DNA of 63,981 nt, the filler included, from Halocafeteria seosinensis (taxonomy: Eukaryota): the NCBI GenBank assembly GCA_001687465.1. It is 6 parts of 6 records of this genome, joined end to end, with 100 filler letters (N's around TTAATTAATTAA, not from the genome) between each part and the next. Parts side by side here need not be neighbours in the genome. Positions count along the whole stretch, not along the records: positions 1 to 28,735 come from LVLI01000105.1; 5 more parts are not named here. One strand, 5' to 3'. The first letter of the stretch is position 1. Each line of letters opens with the position of its first letter. Shown here one piece after another: positions 1-13,924 of this stretch. The notes below the pieces were generated by a model. It did no database searches. It was not told where the DNA came from and saw only the letters and a list, made by a program, of their open reading frames with translations. The position numbers and the translations under genes were made by a program.

Positions 1-810
1 CAAGATAAGACACTGTTCGAACAAAGAGTTGTACTGCTTTGGAGACGCAACCAAAGCTTGCTATTAGAACGCAGTCTTCCCACACAAACTGTTTCCCCTT
101 TCAACTACCACCTTAAGACACAGAGAGAGAGAGAGGGAGAGAGAGAGAGAGAGATGGGGGATGGGTGGGAACTTACTTGTCTCGTCCGCGCATAGTTTCC
201 TAATCAAGTCACACAGCGTATTGGTCAGCAGAAGTACTAGGAGTCCCACTTCCTCCGTAAATGCGGTAAATATATCGGCCCCCGACGCCCTCCACTGTTC
301 AACTTCCTGTTTCATTTTGTTCCTCTCATCGGGAGGGTACAAATCCTTGAGGCGTTTTTCTTTATACGCCCTGCAAGCCCCAGGGTCACCCAAAAGGAAA
401 CAAGCAACCACCAGCTTGAACTTGACTTCCCTTCTTTGGCTCGCTAATAGGGTCTTATTTCCTTCTTCGAGGCAAAGGCATCCTAGGGCATCATTAATAA
501 GGGTTGATGTGACCTCCTCTCTTTGATCCAAACATTCTGTAATGCACTGAACCCAGAGTACTTCATTTGTCACTCTGCATTCGTCGGGTATAAACCAATC
601 AGGAATCCCTTTCAATGCTTTGGATAGTACCAACTTTGGCGCTTCCTCAGGAGCTGCAGCTGCCATTCTGGCGCTATTGTCAAATGAGTTGGTGTGTTTA
701 AACGTGTTGTAGCTAACTTCTGCTGGGGCAGCCGGGGGGTTAAACGGCTCGCGAAAGTCAGGCCTGCCAACTACCTGGGGCGTGTCCGAAACGGGGCAGC
801 TTCCTGCCAA
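1..810 (-). CDS. 5' part of a second copy of the Crinkler-like gene (upstream exon plus intron; continues off the left window edge)
   Basis: Bases 1-~573 are near-identical to 4200-4802, with the same GTAAGT donor followed by a (CT)n tract. ORF 64..810 matches ORF 4304..4798. Confidence 0.6.
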
Positions 811-1634
811 AGCTTTCCTGTGGAACCCAGGTAAGCTTGAGGTGGCAGTTTGGAGGCAGCTTGAATTCCAACAGACCAGACGAGCGTTCGACTGTTTGAA
901 TTAGCAACCACCAATGAAGGGTGTATACAACTTTCTGATGTACAAATTATACCACATACATGTATATCAAATAGTAAGTACAAAAGCGACAATTGATTTA
1001 CTTGATTTTGGATGTCACTGCCCTGTTTTGAAATCTCAAATGGCCGCGCGGGCCGCGGCGACCGGCAGCTTCCAGCCTGAAGTTCCAGGCAGCCTGAGGC
1101 AGGTGGTGTGTATGCAACTTCAACTATAGTAAACCCATCTATATCACGAAAATGTCAAAGTTCTCCATCTCTCTTGCTCCCCAGCAGGAACCCGTTGCTT
1201 TCCTGGCACTTCTCTAACGAGGCCACCCGTCGCTTCTATCGCGAACGGGCTACTTTCTTTCAGATTCCCGACGAATTTCCCCTATTTTGTCTGCTTCAAC
1301 TTCTCCGCTTCTACCGCGATGATGAGGGGTCTTCCGGCGGCCCTGACTAGTCTGTCTCCGGTGAATGGGTTTGGCACTGTCACATCGACATCGACATAAA
1401 CTGTGCTCGTTGAACCTTTTCTTACCAGGTCCATTACAGGCCTCACTTCTTCGTTTCGCGGGTTTTGTTCATGTTCATTGATGAATGCCTTTATGTAGGG
1501 TTCAGCGTTAAGCGTCTAACGACGCTATGTACGACTACCGCTATACAATGACAAAAACAATTTCTATCAATCTACATTTCCTCCCTCTTCTTTCCGTTCT
1601 CCCAGTATCCTATCCTCTCCGCGAACTCTCAGGG

Positions 1635-4316
1635 CTATCTCACCCCCCGAACTCTCAGGGCTCTCTCACTCTCAAGGATATCCTTAGGCTTAAACATTAA
1701 AAAGGGCTGGACTCCTGTAGGGATCCTCGCAACTCTCCTTTGGAGATCAGCCCAATCCGTGAAGGGCCTATTATTGACAATTCTGCTGGCTAACGTTTCA
1801 TCAATCCCATCCACATCATTAAGACGCAATGCGGTATCCGAATTCACGAAGACCTTGCCATGAGGAAGAGTGGTAAAGACTCGGGAAGCAATCGAGCGCC
1901 CTAAATACTCTTCTAACCCTTCTGAACCAACTACCAAGCAATCCGGCGGAATATCGCCCTCAGTCACGTTGTTCCGGAGCGCAAACACAACGAGAATATT
2001 AGCAAAATCCGGCTGTGGCGAGGCGCGGTTCAGCGACACCTCGACTTTATCGACCTCTACGCTTAGGCCATCCAACGTAAGAGTTTGTGTTTCTCGGTAC
2101 TTGATTTGGCCGAACACTCTCAGCCAACGCTGCCTATTATTGCGTGTGACCCTCGTACTCCCAGTGTCCATGACGCGATCAAAAAAGCTGTCCGTAGGAA
2201 CACCTTCTGCATTCAACCAAACTGTCTCTCGGCGTTCCTCATCCTCTACTTCCTCTTCCTCATCTGAGTCCGCAGCGTTCTTATCCGTCGGCATTCCATC
2301 CCGAATCTGGTGTTTGCATTTTTGGTACCTTACTAAAGGACTCAGGTAAATTTTTCGGTTCTTGGCGTCATCCGTACCTACACAGCCGCGAAACAATTTG
2401 CCTAGGCTGACCGAAGCGGCTTCTTGACTTCCTTTTGCATGGCTCTCAAAGAGAAACATCTCACGCATGGCTTGGTATTTTGTCATGAACACTTCAAAGC
2501 CCTGCCATGTCATTTTTGGGTGAGATATGGACTCCAAAATTTCGTCCAAGAGAATGTATTTTTCCTCCCGTTCGCTTTCCGAAACTCTGTGTACGATGAC
2601 CACTAGCAACGGATACGGCAGGTCCACGAAGAGACAACCGCTCTCGCAACGAATGATGATCTCTCCGCTTTTTTCGAGCTCACTGTATGTACTTCCTTCG
2701 GTGAGTGCAACAGCTTTATTTCTGAGAATGGGCCGCCCCAACACAGTGTCGGTAATAATCGTCTGGGCGATAGCGCCCGTAAGACTCGACCTCTCGTGTA
2801 TTTGTTGCTGTAGAATACGACGCAGACGCCCGATTCGCTGCGAGTCCTCGAGGTCCCAAAGTTCATCATACCATCGAAAGAAATGTTCTGCAAGCCGTGG
2901 GATTCTACAGTACTCGAGGAACAATTCCACAAATTCCGATGTATACCAACCCTCGTCCCAACCCTTTTCTTCGGCATAATCGGAAACGAGTTCGATGAGC
3001 TCACGATCCTCAAGGAGCGTAACTGGTACGTCGTACGAAGGAACCTGGGATTCTTTCAAAACCTGCTGAAGAGGTCCCGGTAATGTAGCCGCAATAATAG
3101 GAAATATCAACAACTGGTCATTGTCCGGTGACATTACTGCATCCACTAAAATCATAATGTACCTTCTCAGAAAGTCAGTGGCGAACGTCGAATCCGTCTT
3201 CCTTGTCTCAATTAGAATATTGAGTTCATCCACTCCAACATATATAATGCCAGGTGTACTCTTGGAAGCGACATTCCCAGTCTTAATGTTCATGATGGTT
3301 TCAATGAGGCGAAATGCTGCAGACAGAGTCCACCACCGAGTTCGCGTCCAAGCTTGTGACGAATAGGTGTTAAAAAACGTTTCAAATCTTTCAAACACTC
3401 GTTTTCGCGTGTCGTCCACTACCGCGAAAAACAAAATCCGTAGCGCGAGCACATGTTCACGCCAAGCGGGATCATCGCTTGCCTCGTGCGACAGGGGCCC
3501 ATGCCCCTGATTATAAGTAATCACGACGGACGCAAACCAAGCGTACTTTCCTTGTCCTTGTTTGGATAATTGCCCTCTTTTGTTCACAGCAGCACACTGT
3601 CCTCTAGTCTCTTCACTTTGCTTTCCCGAGTCATCGTCGGAAAAATGTGACTGCTTCGGCTGGTCAGAATTTTCTGGCTGGGAAGCAAATCTACCTTGAG
3701 GGTAAACTGGCTTATCCGCGAGGTTAAGTTGTTGAAATGGCAACTCGCTAACAATGTCTCCTTCCAACAAGTTTCGACATTCGTCTGACTCTACCTCATA
3801 GTTTGACTCCTTCTCATCGGATCCTGCAGATTTTCTCCCGGCAGCTTCTCCCTCAGATGGTCCTAGACTCTGTACTGGCATGAAACCAGTCTCGACCAGT
3901 TGTTTCAACATCTCGACAAGATGAACAAGCATTCTCGTCTTGCCAAGGCCGGGAGCGGCTCCAACGATCCCCACAGGGAAATACTGTTTATTCTTTCCTT
4001 GTTCAAGCCTGTCGCAAATTCTTTCTCCAAATCGTTTACGAACAGTACGAATAGCTTCACTTCGTCCTACAAACTTAAAGGGAGTGATGTATTTTTCAAA
4101 TTGGGTCGAGAGGTCCACGGAAAGCTGTTGTCCGTCGTTTGCTTCCTTGAGCCACTCCAAACATTTATTCTCTAATTCTTGATGGCTGACTGCAACGCAC
4201 AAGATAAGACACTGTTCGAACAAAGAGTTGTACTGCTTTGGAGACGCAACCAAAGCTTGCTATTAGAACGCAGTCTTCCCACACAAACTGTTTCCCCTTT
4301 CAACTACCACCTTAAG

Positions 4317-4382
<66 letters not shown>

Positions 4383-4802
4383 GGGATGGGTGGGAACTTA
4401 CTTGTCTCGTCCGCGCATAGTTTCCTAATCAAGTCACACAGCGTATTGGTCAGGAGAAGTATTAGGAGTCCCACTTCCTCCGTAAATGCGGTAAATATAT
4501 CGGCCCCCGACGCCCTCCACTGTTCAACTTCCTGTTTCATTTTGTTCCTCTCATCGGGAGGGTACAAATCCTTGAGGCGTTTTTCTTTATACGCCCTGCA
4601 AGCCCCAGGGTCACCCAAAAGGAAACAAGCAACCACCAGCTTGAACTTGACTTCCCTTCTTTGGCTTGCTAATAGGGTCCCATTTCCTTCTTCGAGGCAA
4701 AGACATCCTAGGGCATTATTACTAAGGGTTGATGTAACCTCCTCTCTTTGATCCAAACATTCTGTAATGCACTGAACCCAGCGTACTTCATTTGTCACTC
4801 TG
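1635..4802 (-). CDS. Crinkler (CRN)-like protein: P-loop NTPase + PD-(D/E)xK REase-like domain + C-terminal helix-hairpin-helix; 5' end truncated at the n at 4803
   Basis: Walker A GAAPGLGKT, Walker B IIYVGVDE, REase-like WLNAEGVPTDSFF...RVFGQIKY, and ComEA-like HhH VNSDTALRLNDVDGIDETLASRIVNNRPF. A phase-1 intron at 4401-4190 (GTAAGT...TTGCAG) joins ORF 4304..4798 in frame to ORF 1635..4253. Confidence 0.7.
4321..4379. repeat. (GA)n microsatellite inside the CRN-like intron; shorter copy at ~122-154
   Basis: Directly visible. Confidence 0.95.
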
Positions 4803-4811
4803 NATGTTTAC

Positions 4812-6400
4812 GTGGGCTACTCTTTTGCGAACAGTATCACTGAAAGTGCCAACCATATGGTTAAGGGGCAGGATATAACCCACGCCACCAGCACGCTTCG
4901 AGTAATATACATCGCATGTTCGACTTTCGATCCTTCTGTAATAAGCCCAGATGTGATGACGTGTCCGCCTATTATCTCCGCAAAACTCGAGGGATCGACG
5001 ACGCGAAAGAGAACGGAGCTGCTGAAAACGCTGAAAGATTGCTCCTCACCAGTAAAATGGGATGGTGTACCCGATACCCTAACGAACCGCTGCCTGGACG
5101 TGCTGATACGAGGGTTTAGACTGAGCAATTCTCTGACTGCCGTGCTTGATGGGGATCGCAACCGGTGCTTCAAGGTTACGCCGTGTGGTAGTACTTCTGA
5201 GACGGTGTTTCACATTGTAGCTGTTTCCGATATTCACGGGAAGCTCTTGTGCCTCTCTTGCAATTATTCCAGCTTGCAGGGCAGCCCATGTCCTCATGTC
5301 CTGTCTGTACTCAAGTGCTTTCGCATGTCTGAAGATAAGCTACCTTTCATTACGAGGAACTTAAGGACGGAAGGAACCGAAGGCGTTGATATGAATGCCC
5401 TTTATTCAGGATTACCTATTAGCGAGGATGCAATTGGTGGTCTCGTCACTGTTAATGACTTCCTCTCTGCTGAAGATGTGGAGCAAGATCCTCCTCTAGG
5501 AATGAATGACAATGATGATAGTGCTGAATCATTCCCCAAGTTCGAGCATATTGCGTCCGAAACAATGGAAGTACCTGTAAATGGCAACTTGGAGTATTCC
5601 CGTGAGCTGAAGTTGGCTGCTTCTCGCAGAAGCACTGTGGCTCGAAATCTCGAGTTGGCCAATCAAGATTCTGCTGCTGGATTGAACGCGCGAAAGTCGC
5701 TGCAGAAGACACTGCTGATACCACTGCTTGAGAGTGCACTGACACAGAAAGAGCTTTGGATTAAAATTCTAATGTCTGCTACATCTCTTCAGGAGCAGCA
5801 CACCGCGATGTACAAGAAAATATTTCCAGCTAAAGCACCTAAAGACTCATCTCTGAAGCAAATAGGAAATGCCGAGAATTTAAAACCCAGTGCTTATGTC
5901 CCTGACATCCAGCATTCCCAGAGACTGGCTAGAAAACTAAGCACCAAGAACAAACCAGTCAAGCGAAGTCGATCTTCCGCCGTCGCCAAGAAGAAATCTT
6001 CGAGTCCAGCGACCACTCATAAGGCAGGAAGTTCCGTCCAGCAAGTTGAAAAGAGCGCATCAAGTGTTTCCAAATGTAGCGGCAGGTCAGCCAGCCGCGN
6101 TCCAGGAGAGAAGTCNTCGAGGAGAACGTCAACTGGTGTTCCTATTGCAGCACCTGCTTGTGAAATAGTTCAGAACAGGCCGTCAAGCACTTCGAAACGC
6201 AGCTTTGGATCAGGGAAGAGGACAAAGAAGCATGTGGTCGAGAGAGGTTCGTCAAGTATGATCCCGCGAAGAAGCGTGTGTCTGTGAAGTGGAAGGGCTA
6301 CCCCAGAAAGCGAAAACTCATGGGAACCCGTTCGTTTCCTGAAGAGCGACCTTCCGGGAACATTCCAGTCATTCTGGAAAGCGCTATTCCCTGATGACAC
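4812..6400 (+). pseudogene. SWIM zinc-finger protein (MULE-transposase-like C-terminal part) ending in a frameshifted chromodomain
   Basis: SWIM-like CLSCNYSSLQGSPCPHV. Correcting two small frameshifts at ~6242 and ~6301 gives HVVER-FVKYDPAKKRVSVKWKGY-PESENSWEPVRFL, a chromodomain signature. Confidence 0.6.
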
Positions 6401-8104
6401 GGGTGTACAGTTGCTGCCTGGTGACGAGAGTAGTGATTGCGACAGTGACACTCCTCTCAGTCTCAGTGAGCTGGTGCCAGTCAAATCAGCCAAAGTTAGC
6501 AAGTGCTAGACAGTTGGACTTCGCCAGACCACACGCTCTTCACAGTCGAAGGACGAATTTCCGCTGTTCATTTGTCCGCATCATATCAACAATATTAAGA
6601 ACGCATACTACATGCATATGCGATATACTTGTCGTCACTTCCAGGCGCCTGCCAATACTTACCTTCTCTGTCGAAATGTAAACAGTGATTCCACTTGGTG
6701 ATGGGGAATTTTGCGCTCAGGGGAGATGTAGTCTTTCTGGGAATCACGGAGGATCCCGGTAGTACAAATTGTACAACAGTTGTTTTAAAGCGCGTATTAT
6801 TATTAGTATAACACTATATAACAGTCATCACTGGATGGTATTGTCATGGAGAGCCACTTTATTCGAACAGAATCCTATCACGATCTCTGTGACCTGAGTA
6901 TACTGGCATGTTAACTACTAGGAGTAAGGGCAAGCGAAATCTTCGTGGCTCCATCACTGCCGGTAATAAGGACGCATGCTTCCATTATAATCCCATTTTG
7001 AGCATGTTCCAACTCACATGTAGCTTTACATGGATGGGTTAGTACGCCAATGACACGGACAGCTTCATACGACTAAGAGCCAATGAGATCTTTGAAGGGA
7101 ACCATTATGAGATTAATCTTGTGAATGTGACGGACTTTGATGGGCTCTTTGCACGCGGATACAGAAACTTGGATAGCCCAAACGAAAAAGCACCGATACA
7201 GTAGTACGCAATGTCCACACGCGAAACGGCGCCACCGGTATAAAAGGAGGGTTCATCATGCGTCCCGAGCAGTACAATTTCATAGTTGATACCCCGAAGA
7301 ACATATATCCAATTGCTATGCTTCTGGTCATTCCTCAAAGGAAGAGCACTCCATTGTTTCTAGCAGTACCGTGGGGGAAGGACAGAGTGGTGTACAGCAC
7401 TGATTATCCAATACTCCTTGTTCAACAGGAATACGAAGAGTTGGACGAGCAAGTTAGTTCCGGAAAATCAGTCGTCGTGCAGGGGAACTCCAATGCTCTC
7501 GATGAAATTACACAGCACAATGGCAACCCACAGTGGTCTGAAGACGTATGGATCGTTGAAACAGCCCACAGTTTGCCTTCATTGCGATGCCAGCAAGGGG
7601 CATCGTCTCTCAACAAGACTACGAAGGAATCAAAACGGAAGCACCTACCCCGACGACGAAGATGTGACTGATGGCCCACCGGCAGCTGGATGTTAGCCGC
7701 TACACTTAGGTAGCAGCTGCCGCCCGTGTCTGGCAGCTACAGGCCCGCTGTCCCATTAGGAAAGAGGCAGCATAAACGAGTGACTTCAAAGCATTGACGC
7801 ACACCCGAACTTCAGTATCCGTGTCATTACTGACGAGGCCGCCTTCGTCCATGACCTGTAAGACCATCGAGGGTGACCTTGTTAATGTCCTTGTTGTGTT
7901 CCTTCAAGATATCATCGAGCTGCGCACCATTCAATCATAATAAACACTGCGATTGAAACAACCGACCTCATTCAAGTCCTTTGAACGCACCATCTCTGCT
8001 TGCCTGACAGTGCGCGGGAGTCCATCCAGAACAAAGCCATTACGGCAATCCGACTTGAAATATTAAGGAAGAAGATACCAACAGCGAGAGAACTCCAGTC
8101 CCTA

Positions 8105-8212
8105 GCCAACAACTACGTGGGTGTACGAGGGGAACCTCCGGTTACACGTTTGGCCGACAAATGTTGTAAGATATTGGGGCGAGCAACAGCTGAACTTATT
8201 GTGTGGTGTGTT
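8105..8212 (+). repeat. Dispersed repeat; second copy at ~55136-55243
   Basis: GCCAACAACTACGTGGGTGTACGAGGGGAACCTCCGGTTACAC...GAGCAACAGCTGAAC recurs with few differences near 55140. Confidence 0.75.
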
Positions 8213-8559
8213 AGTAGCATCTTCATAGGGTGTCGATATGACTCGGGGAAGTACTAACGCATTAGTCGAGTTTCGCGATAGGGAGATGCTCCTTTTTCCT
8301 AGGAGTTTCTCTAGTGTTACTAACTTCAGATTAAGGGGAACCGGCGCGAAATTACGTTAACGCACCTATCCGAGAAGCGCAAGCAAGCGATAGAAATGTT
8401 CCTTTCCGTACGTTTGTGAGGCAAGTTTTTGTTGCACCTAGTGAACAGTGTCACAGCATAGTGCTCTCAGATGGAGATTTTCTCGTCTAATCCGTCGCTG
8501 AAGCTAATTTCGTAACACTACTAACGTCGCCAAAATCTGGCGAAATGAAACGTAGTTGC

Positions 8560-11500
8560 TCAGTTGTCATCGTCCGATAGAATTTCAATGATATCTGCGT
8601 TACTACAGGGACCAAGGCCAGACTCTTTGCCATTCAGTGCTACTTGATTGTCATCATATTTCTTGGATTGAGACTTGCATGGAGAGGACGTACGCGTGTG
8701 AGTATCGCGCTGTGTCACAACCCTCCAGCTGCCATCTGCAGAGATATCGATCGTCCTTATGTTATCGACGTCCGTCTTGGAAGTTGACCAGTCAATAGAC
8801 ACATCCTTTCCACAATCCAAAGCTTGCTGCAGTACTTTCTCCCCTTCTTTGACGGCGTCTAGCGTTCCAGAAGGCATTCCACAGGTGATACTCAGCAAAA
8901 CAGAGTAGAAAAACGTATCCAGATAGATATCTCCAAAGAGCACATAACGGTTGCATATGGGACACAGCCATTTAGGCGACGATCCACTATTGAGTTTTAG
9001 AAAGGAAAACAGATCAAACGACCTTAGGTGGTTGCATTTGCGCCCGCGAACCGGAAGCGCAATGGGACCGAAACTTACTGGGTCACGCACAGAAACTCCG
9101 AACGAATCAGTTTGGATTTCTATTGCTTCTTCGGTTGAAACGTTGCGTTTCTTTCCAACTGGAGTCCCTCCGTTAAGCACTCGTTGCACGCTCTCTAAGT
9201 CGGCAAACTCCATACCAGAACATTTCACGCTACATCCAAACCCTGTTTTTAAGCATTCTTTAACTTCATCATACGACATCACTCGTCCATTGACAACATC
9301 GCGATACACATCGGATGAAGTTACTTTGGTTGACTCGTACACTCCTAGTACGACGTGCTGCGCATAAACTGCAATCAGGTGAGGTGTAAATTCACAATTG
9401 TCTAGTAGAACCTACCTCACGGACATTCTCATATGATGAAAAAGCCACCGTGTTTTCAGAAGGCTTACAAAGAGATGATATATCAATTGGTGCTTTGCAT
9501 CCCCTCTGGATGGAAGAAGTCAAACAGTCACAGAAGTGGCGGAGAGATTCCTAAGGACGGTTGTTCCGAATACTTACGGGGACATTCAAGAATGAACTAT
9601 TGACATAGTAGGCATAACACGGCGACCAGTAGTGTCTAGTCGAACCCGCTTCATCGTCCGAGGTTTTCATGGAGAACATCACAACTCGAGAAGATTGAGC
9701 TACCCACTCACACGGTATCGAGAAAATCATCCGATCGTTTTGGGCAATATCAACTGGACCACAAATCGTCCGTTGCAGTTTTAACCACCCCATCTGAAAG
9801 GACTTTTCCACTAGATTCTCCACGTTGCGAGACGCCTGTGGATTTTTTACCGCACGCTGGGTATTAGTCCTTTCTGTAGGAATATAAAGACGAGAGCCAG
9901 ATAGACGGCATTCTGGATTTGTTGCCGTAGGAGTACGCTGGACGCCCCTCAGTACTGTTGATTCATTAACGAGATTAGGAACGGAACGAGTCTCAGACCG
10001 AATGACTTCGGTAGAGTCATCTTCAAAGGATACCCAGGTCTTCCAACTCTTGATCGAGTTAACGCCATCTGATTCCCATTTAGCTAGTAACACGGGAAGA
10101 AACCGATCATGAAACGAGCGAATTCGAGCAGCTATCCTTTTGCGAGCCTCGAGCTTCCCATTGCCCAACAGCCATAATACAAGCCGCAGGAAATACAATG
10201 GAAACTCGCTCTGTATACAAAAGAGGTTGGTAGAGTGTGCGGGAAAGCAAGCGACATTCTCGGACAGATACATACCTGATAAAACATAGCTAAAATTGCC
10301 CTCACGGTTCCATTCTTCGGTTTCAAATCAATTACTTGGTCCCCGTTCTCAGACAACGTGTCGCGAAGCCTTGCATATTCCCTTTTAGGAACGAACACTC
10401 CTGAAATCCCCCTTACCATTTCTCTAAAGTCAGTCGTCATAGCTTGAGTTCTAGCAACAGTGTATTCCATGTTGCGCTCCGCAGGGTCGAGAAAACGTAC
10501 GTGTTGGACCTGGGAGAAGCACTCGTCATCATCATCTGGATCCGCTGTAGCATCAGCATGTGCCTTCAACTCTTGCAATCTTTCGTTTCTAGGCCACCCC
10601 GTCCTGGTTTCAACTTCTGGCCACTCATTTCTCTCAATTACGTACCGCATACGCTTACGACAAAGGTTCGATACTTTAGCTTCCCGATTACAAAGAAACA
10701 AAGAGGACGGAGAGGTATCAATGGTTTCCTCTGCAGTTTTGAACTCAACCATCATTGCATTAAAGGCCTTTTTACAAGTCGAAATTAGATGTTGTAGATC
10801 TAGATACAGGGCCGATACATACGCAGCCTTTGTATGTCGTAGAAGTTCGGCAAGCGGTTGTACAAAGAACATGAACTCACAATCTCTATGTCGTCTTCTT
10901 GGATTCCTGTATACACACGTTGGGACCCATTCCATTAACTCGGCGGCGCGGATCGCACCAAGCAAAGACTTCGTCGCGGAGTGATAGGGAAAGTCCCGGT
11001 GGTGTCCACAATACCGTCCAATACAAGAGCGTAGAAATTCCGCGGGTATCTCGGCATGGTTTTCCATGGCATGAATCTCCCGTGCGGCAGTATTTTCGGA
11101 GAATGGTTCCGCATTGTTGTGAGCAGTCAGGGAAGAAGCAGCGGTCTCGGTAGTAGTGGCCTGCGGCTGGGCACTGCGTACCGATAGTGTTATGCTCGGC
11201 ACCCCCGTCGCTCGTCCTGCAGTCCGCCCAGTCGAGTGACTTTGATCGGTCATGCGAATGCTCGAGCCAGTACCAACACCAGGTGCAGTCGGCGCTGCAT
11301 TCACTCCTCCACTATAGTGAGTCGTTGTCGCCATGCTTGTCGTCGTAGTGGTAGTGAAGGTGATGCTGCCTGCTGCTGTTTCTCCCGTTGAACACGCATT
11401 ATGTCCAGTTCCTGCTAGAGTGGGGACTGCGTTCCGTGTAGGTGGCGCCCCATTCGCTACCGACGCATCATTGGCCGTAGATCTGTTGGCAATGCTCTGT

Positions 11501-11652
11501 AGTTCACCCGGAAATGTGGGAGGACTAGTGCCATCCATTTCCATGTCCGCCAACATATAATCTTCCAGACTACCAAAGGGGCTGTCCATGCGGCTGGTAG
11601 TTGCTACGGGTATAGCTGATGCACAAGAAGAAGAGGCTGAAGGCTCTCCCAT
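8560..11652 (-). CDS. SP-RING (MIZ) zinc-finger protein, PIAS/SIZ-type SUMO E3 ligase-like, multi-exon
   Basis: VSVRDPVSFGPIALPVRGRKCNHLRSFD...KWLCPICNR is the SP-RING motif. A SIM-like IIEILSDDD ends the protein. ORFs 10132..11652, 9551..10273 and 8560..9342 are linked by GT-AG introns. Confidence 0.85.
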
Positions 11653-12895
11653 GATGGTGGTGGTGGCTTGCGGCGCTCTTTTTCTCTGTACTCTTGAGCA
11701 CGAGTGTGGAGATGATCAATACATTACCTTCTCATTTGCAACTCGTAAACAATCATTACATATATACAATATCACACATGCGTATTGCAATGTACGATCA
11801 TCAATGAAAATAATTGATGAAAATGTGCAGGGGAAAGACCCGCCCAACTTTTCGTCGACTTTGTATAGTGGGAGGGATCATCATGTCGGCCAGCCGGTGT
11901 GGTACGTATTCTATAGCGGATGTCCTAGCATGTAAAAAAAACAAAAAAAAAGAAAAACTAACTCTTGTGTGGTAGTCCCGCGTCGACATTCACACACTCA
12001 AGGGGCTGATCTTAAGACTTCAGTACTAGAGGTAGTCACGGAGCTGAGAGAGGAAACGATTAAAAGACCACTTTACTTCGAGGAAGTTGCAGTTGGGTAC
12101 AATATTTTGTATTTAAAGGAAGAAATGGGACACCATCAGACAATCGTTGAGACATGCTGTCGATAATAATGAAGAGCAACCTGGGTGCTCATACTAGAGT
12201 GGACAAGCTACGAGATGAATGTGTCTTATCGGGTACACATGTAGTTCTGGGATCATGCGAGAGGGTTAACGACTTCATCAAAGTGGTGCATAAACCAAAT
12301 ACGTATGGAAGCTAAAGAAATCCAAATAGCCAGACCTGTCATGGAGGACGCTTTCGCAGATTTTGACGAAAGCAACTGGGAGATCATAAAAAGAGAATTA
12401 TCAGTGCTCTTGTGAACAATTCTGCATATAGGAGTTACATGGAAGCGCTTAAAACGAGAAGAACGTCATATGGCGAAGCCGTTAGAGCATTTCGTACCAC
12501 TATAAGTGGTTCACACCTCGGACTCCCTTCCATAAGTGGATCAATAAAAGATTCAGAAACCTTTCGTTCTCGATATTAGCCCAACGATTGACATACAATG
12601 ACGCCAGTATCGAGAGAGTCCTGACTATTATCGGTGAACAGACAAGTCTCTCGTAGAGCATTTGAGAGGGGTTGCGTCATATTTATTTCCAGAGTTGGCT
12701 GAGTGGGTGTCTATACTGCTTCCTGTTGCATACACGGACCGGCCGGTGCGAGTTTCCAAGGCAAAAAAAGCTTTCGTAGGGAACTCTACTGTATGTGTCA
12801 ACAAATGAGAGTGCGAGCAGTGTAGTGTAGCAGTAGTCGCATAAGGACTAGGAGGAATTCAAGTGAACTCTCTCGACTAATTACCTACAGGGTGT

Positions 12896-13467
12896 TCAGA
12901 AAGGACCTACATTTGAACGCCCATCCAAGACTTTAAATATGGGAAGAGGCTTACGGTAGACGACGTCAAGAATTGCCCCAGTAACTCGGCCCAGTTCACT
13001 GAAGAATACTTCTCCAAACGTGTATAAACGTCTTCTTGTGAAGGCAGTTGCCTGTTTTATTAAGACAGACTCCCATAGCTCATTCATCAGATCTCGAGTG
13101 CGAGAAATGTTCTGTCATAGGCGCCAAGATCCACCAGATCGACAGTTGAAGCACCAGGCCGGGTACGAGATAAACCCATCGATGTTTCCAAGCACCAGCG
13201 ATGCCACCAACCACGATCAGTATCGAAGCAACAATACCAATTTTTGCAAGGAAGTCATCCAAGCGTCCGCCGAGTCCGATCGATGCATTGAATGGCACCG
13301 ACACAAGTCCAAATATGATCCCGAGACCGAGGATGCTGAATCTCGACACAAGGGCCATCGATGCAAACCTGTTGTCCCCCGTAGATTGGGCAGTATTCCC
13401 GATTTGTCCCTCACCATCGTGCAAGGGTTGCTGCTCTTGGTCGTACCCCTCATACATTGTTGCCATG
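12896..13467 (-). CDS. Putative small multi-pass membrane protein (gene structure uncertain)
   Basis: Three hydrophobic segments in ORF 13080..13523; possible downstream exon in 12896..13087; no family recognised. Confidence 0.35.
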
Positions 13468-13924
13468 CTTGATGGATGCAAGGCCGTCCCAGATACAGTA
13501 CACGTGTACACCAGCGAACACACAGCCTTACCGGGACATGATCAAGAAACGTCAACGCGTATCACGAAATAATCGACGAGTCGATCCATCCACATTGACT
13601 ATGTGCATCGTGGTACTGTTCTGCGGCACTACTAAGAACTTCTGCCGGGGCCCGCTGCTGAATACAATTCTGAGGCGAGTCGCACACTGGCGGGTGCGCG
13701 GCGAAGCGGCAACTTGGCAACCTGAGGGACACTCCATGTTTTTTTATCACAATTCCACCATGCAAAACATGACAACTTCTCCCCAATATACGAAACGAGA
13801 GTGTTCAACTAACTCAGTGTTTCCGTGCTGCGGCACTGCTGCCACAACTTGTGGACAGGCCCACAACACTTCCTACCTTCACATACTGTAATAAACACAC
13901 CCACCAGGTAGTGCGTGGACCTGT

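Noticed and set aside
11990..12720. Coding-like, stop-riddled stretch; similar ones at ~6900-7700, 38300-39000, 44840-45430 and 61000-62600
   Set aside because: Probably pseudogene debris, but no family could be recognised
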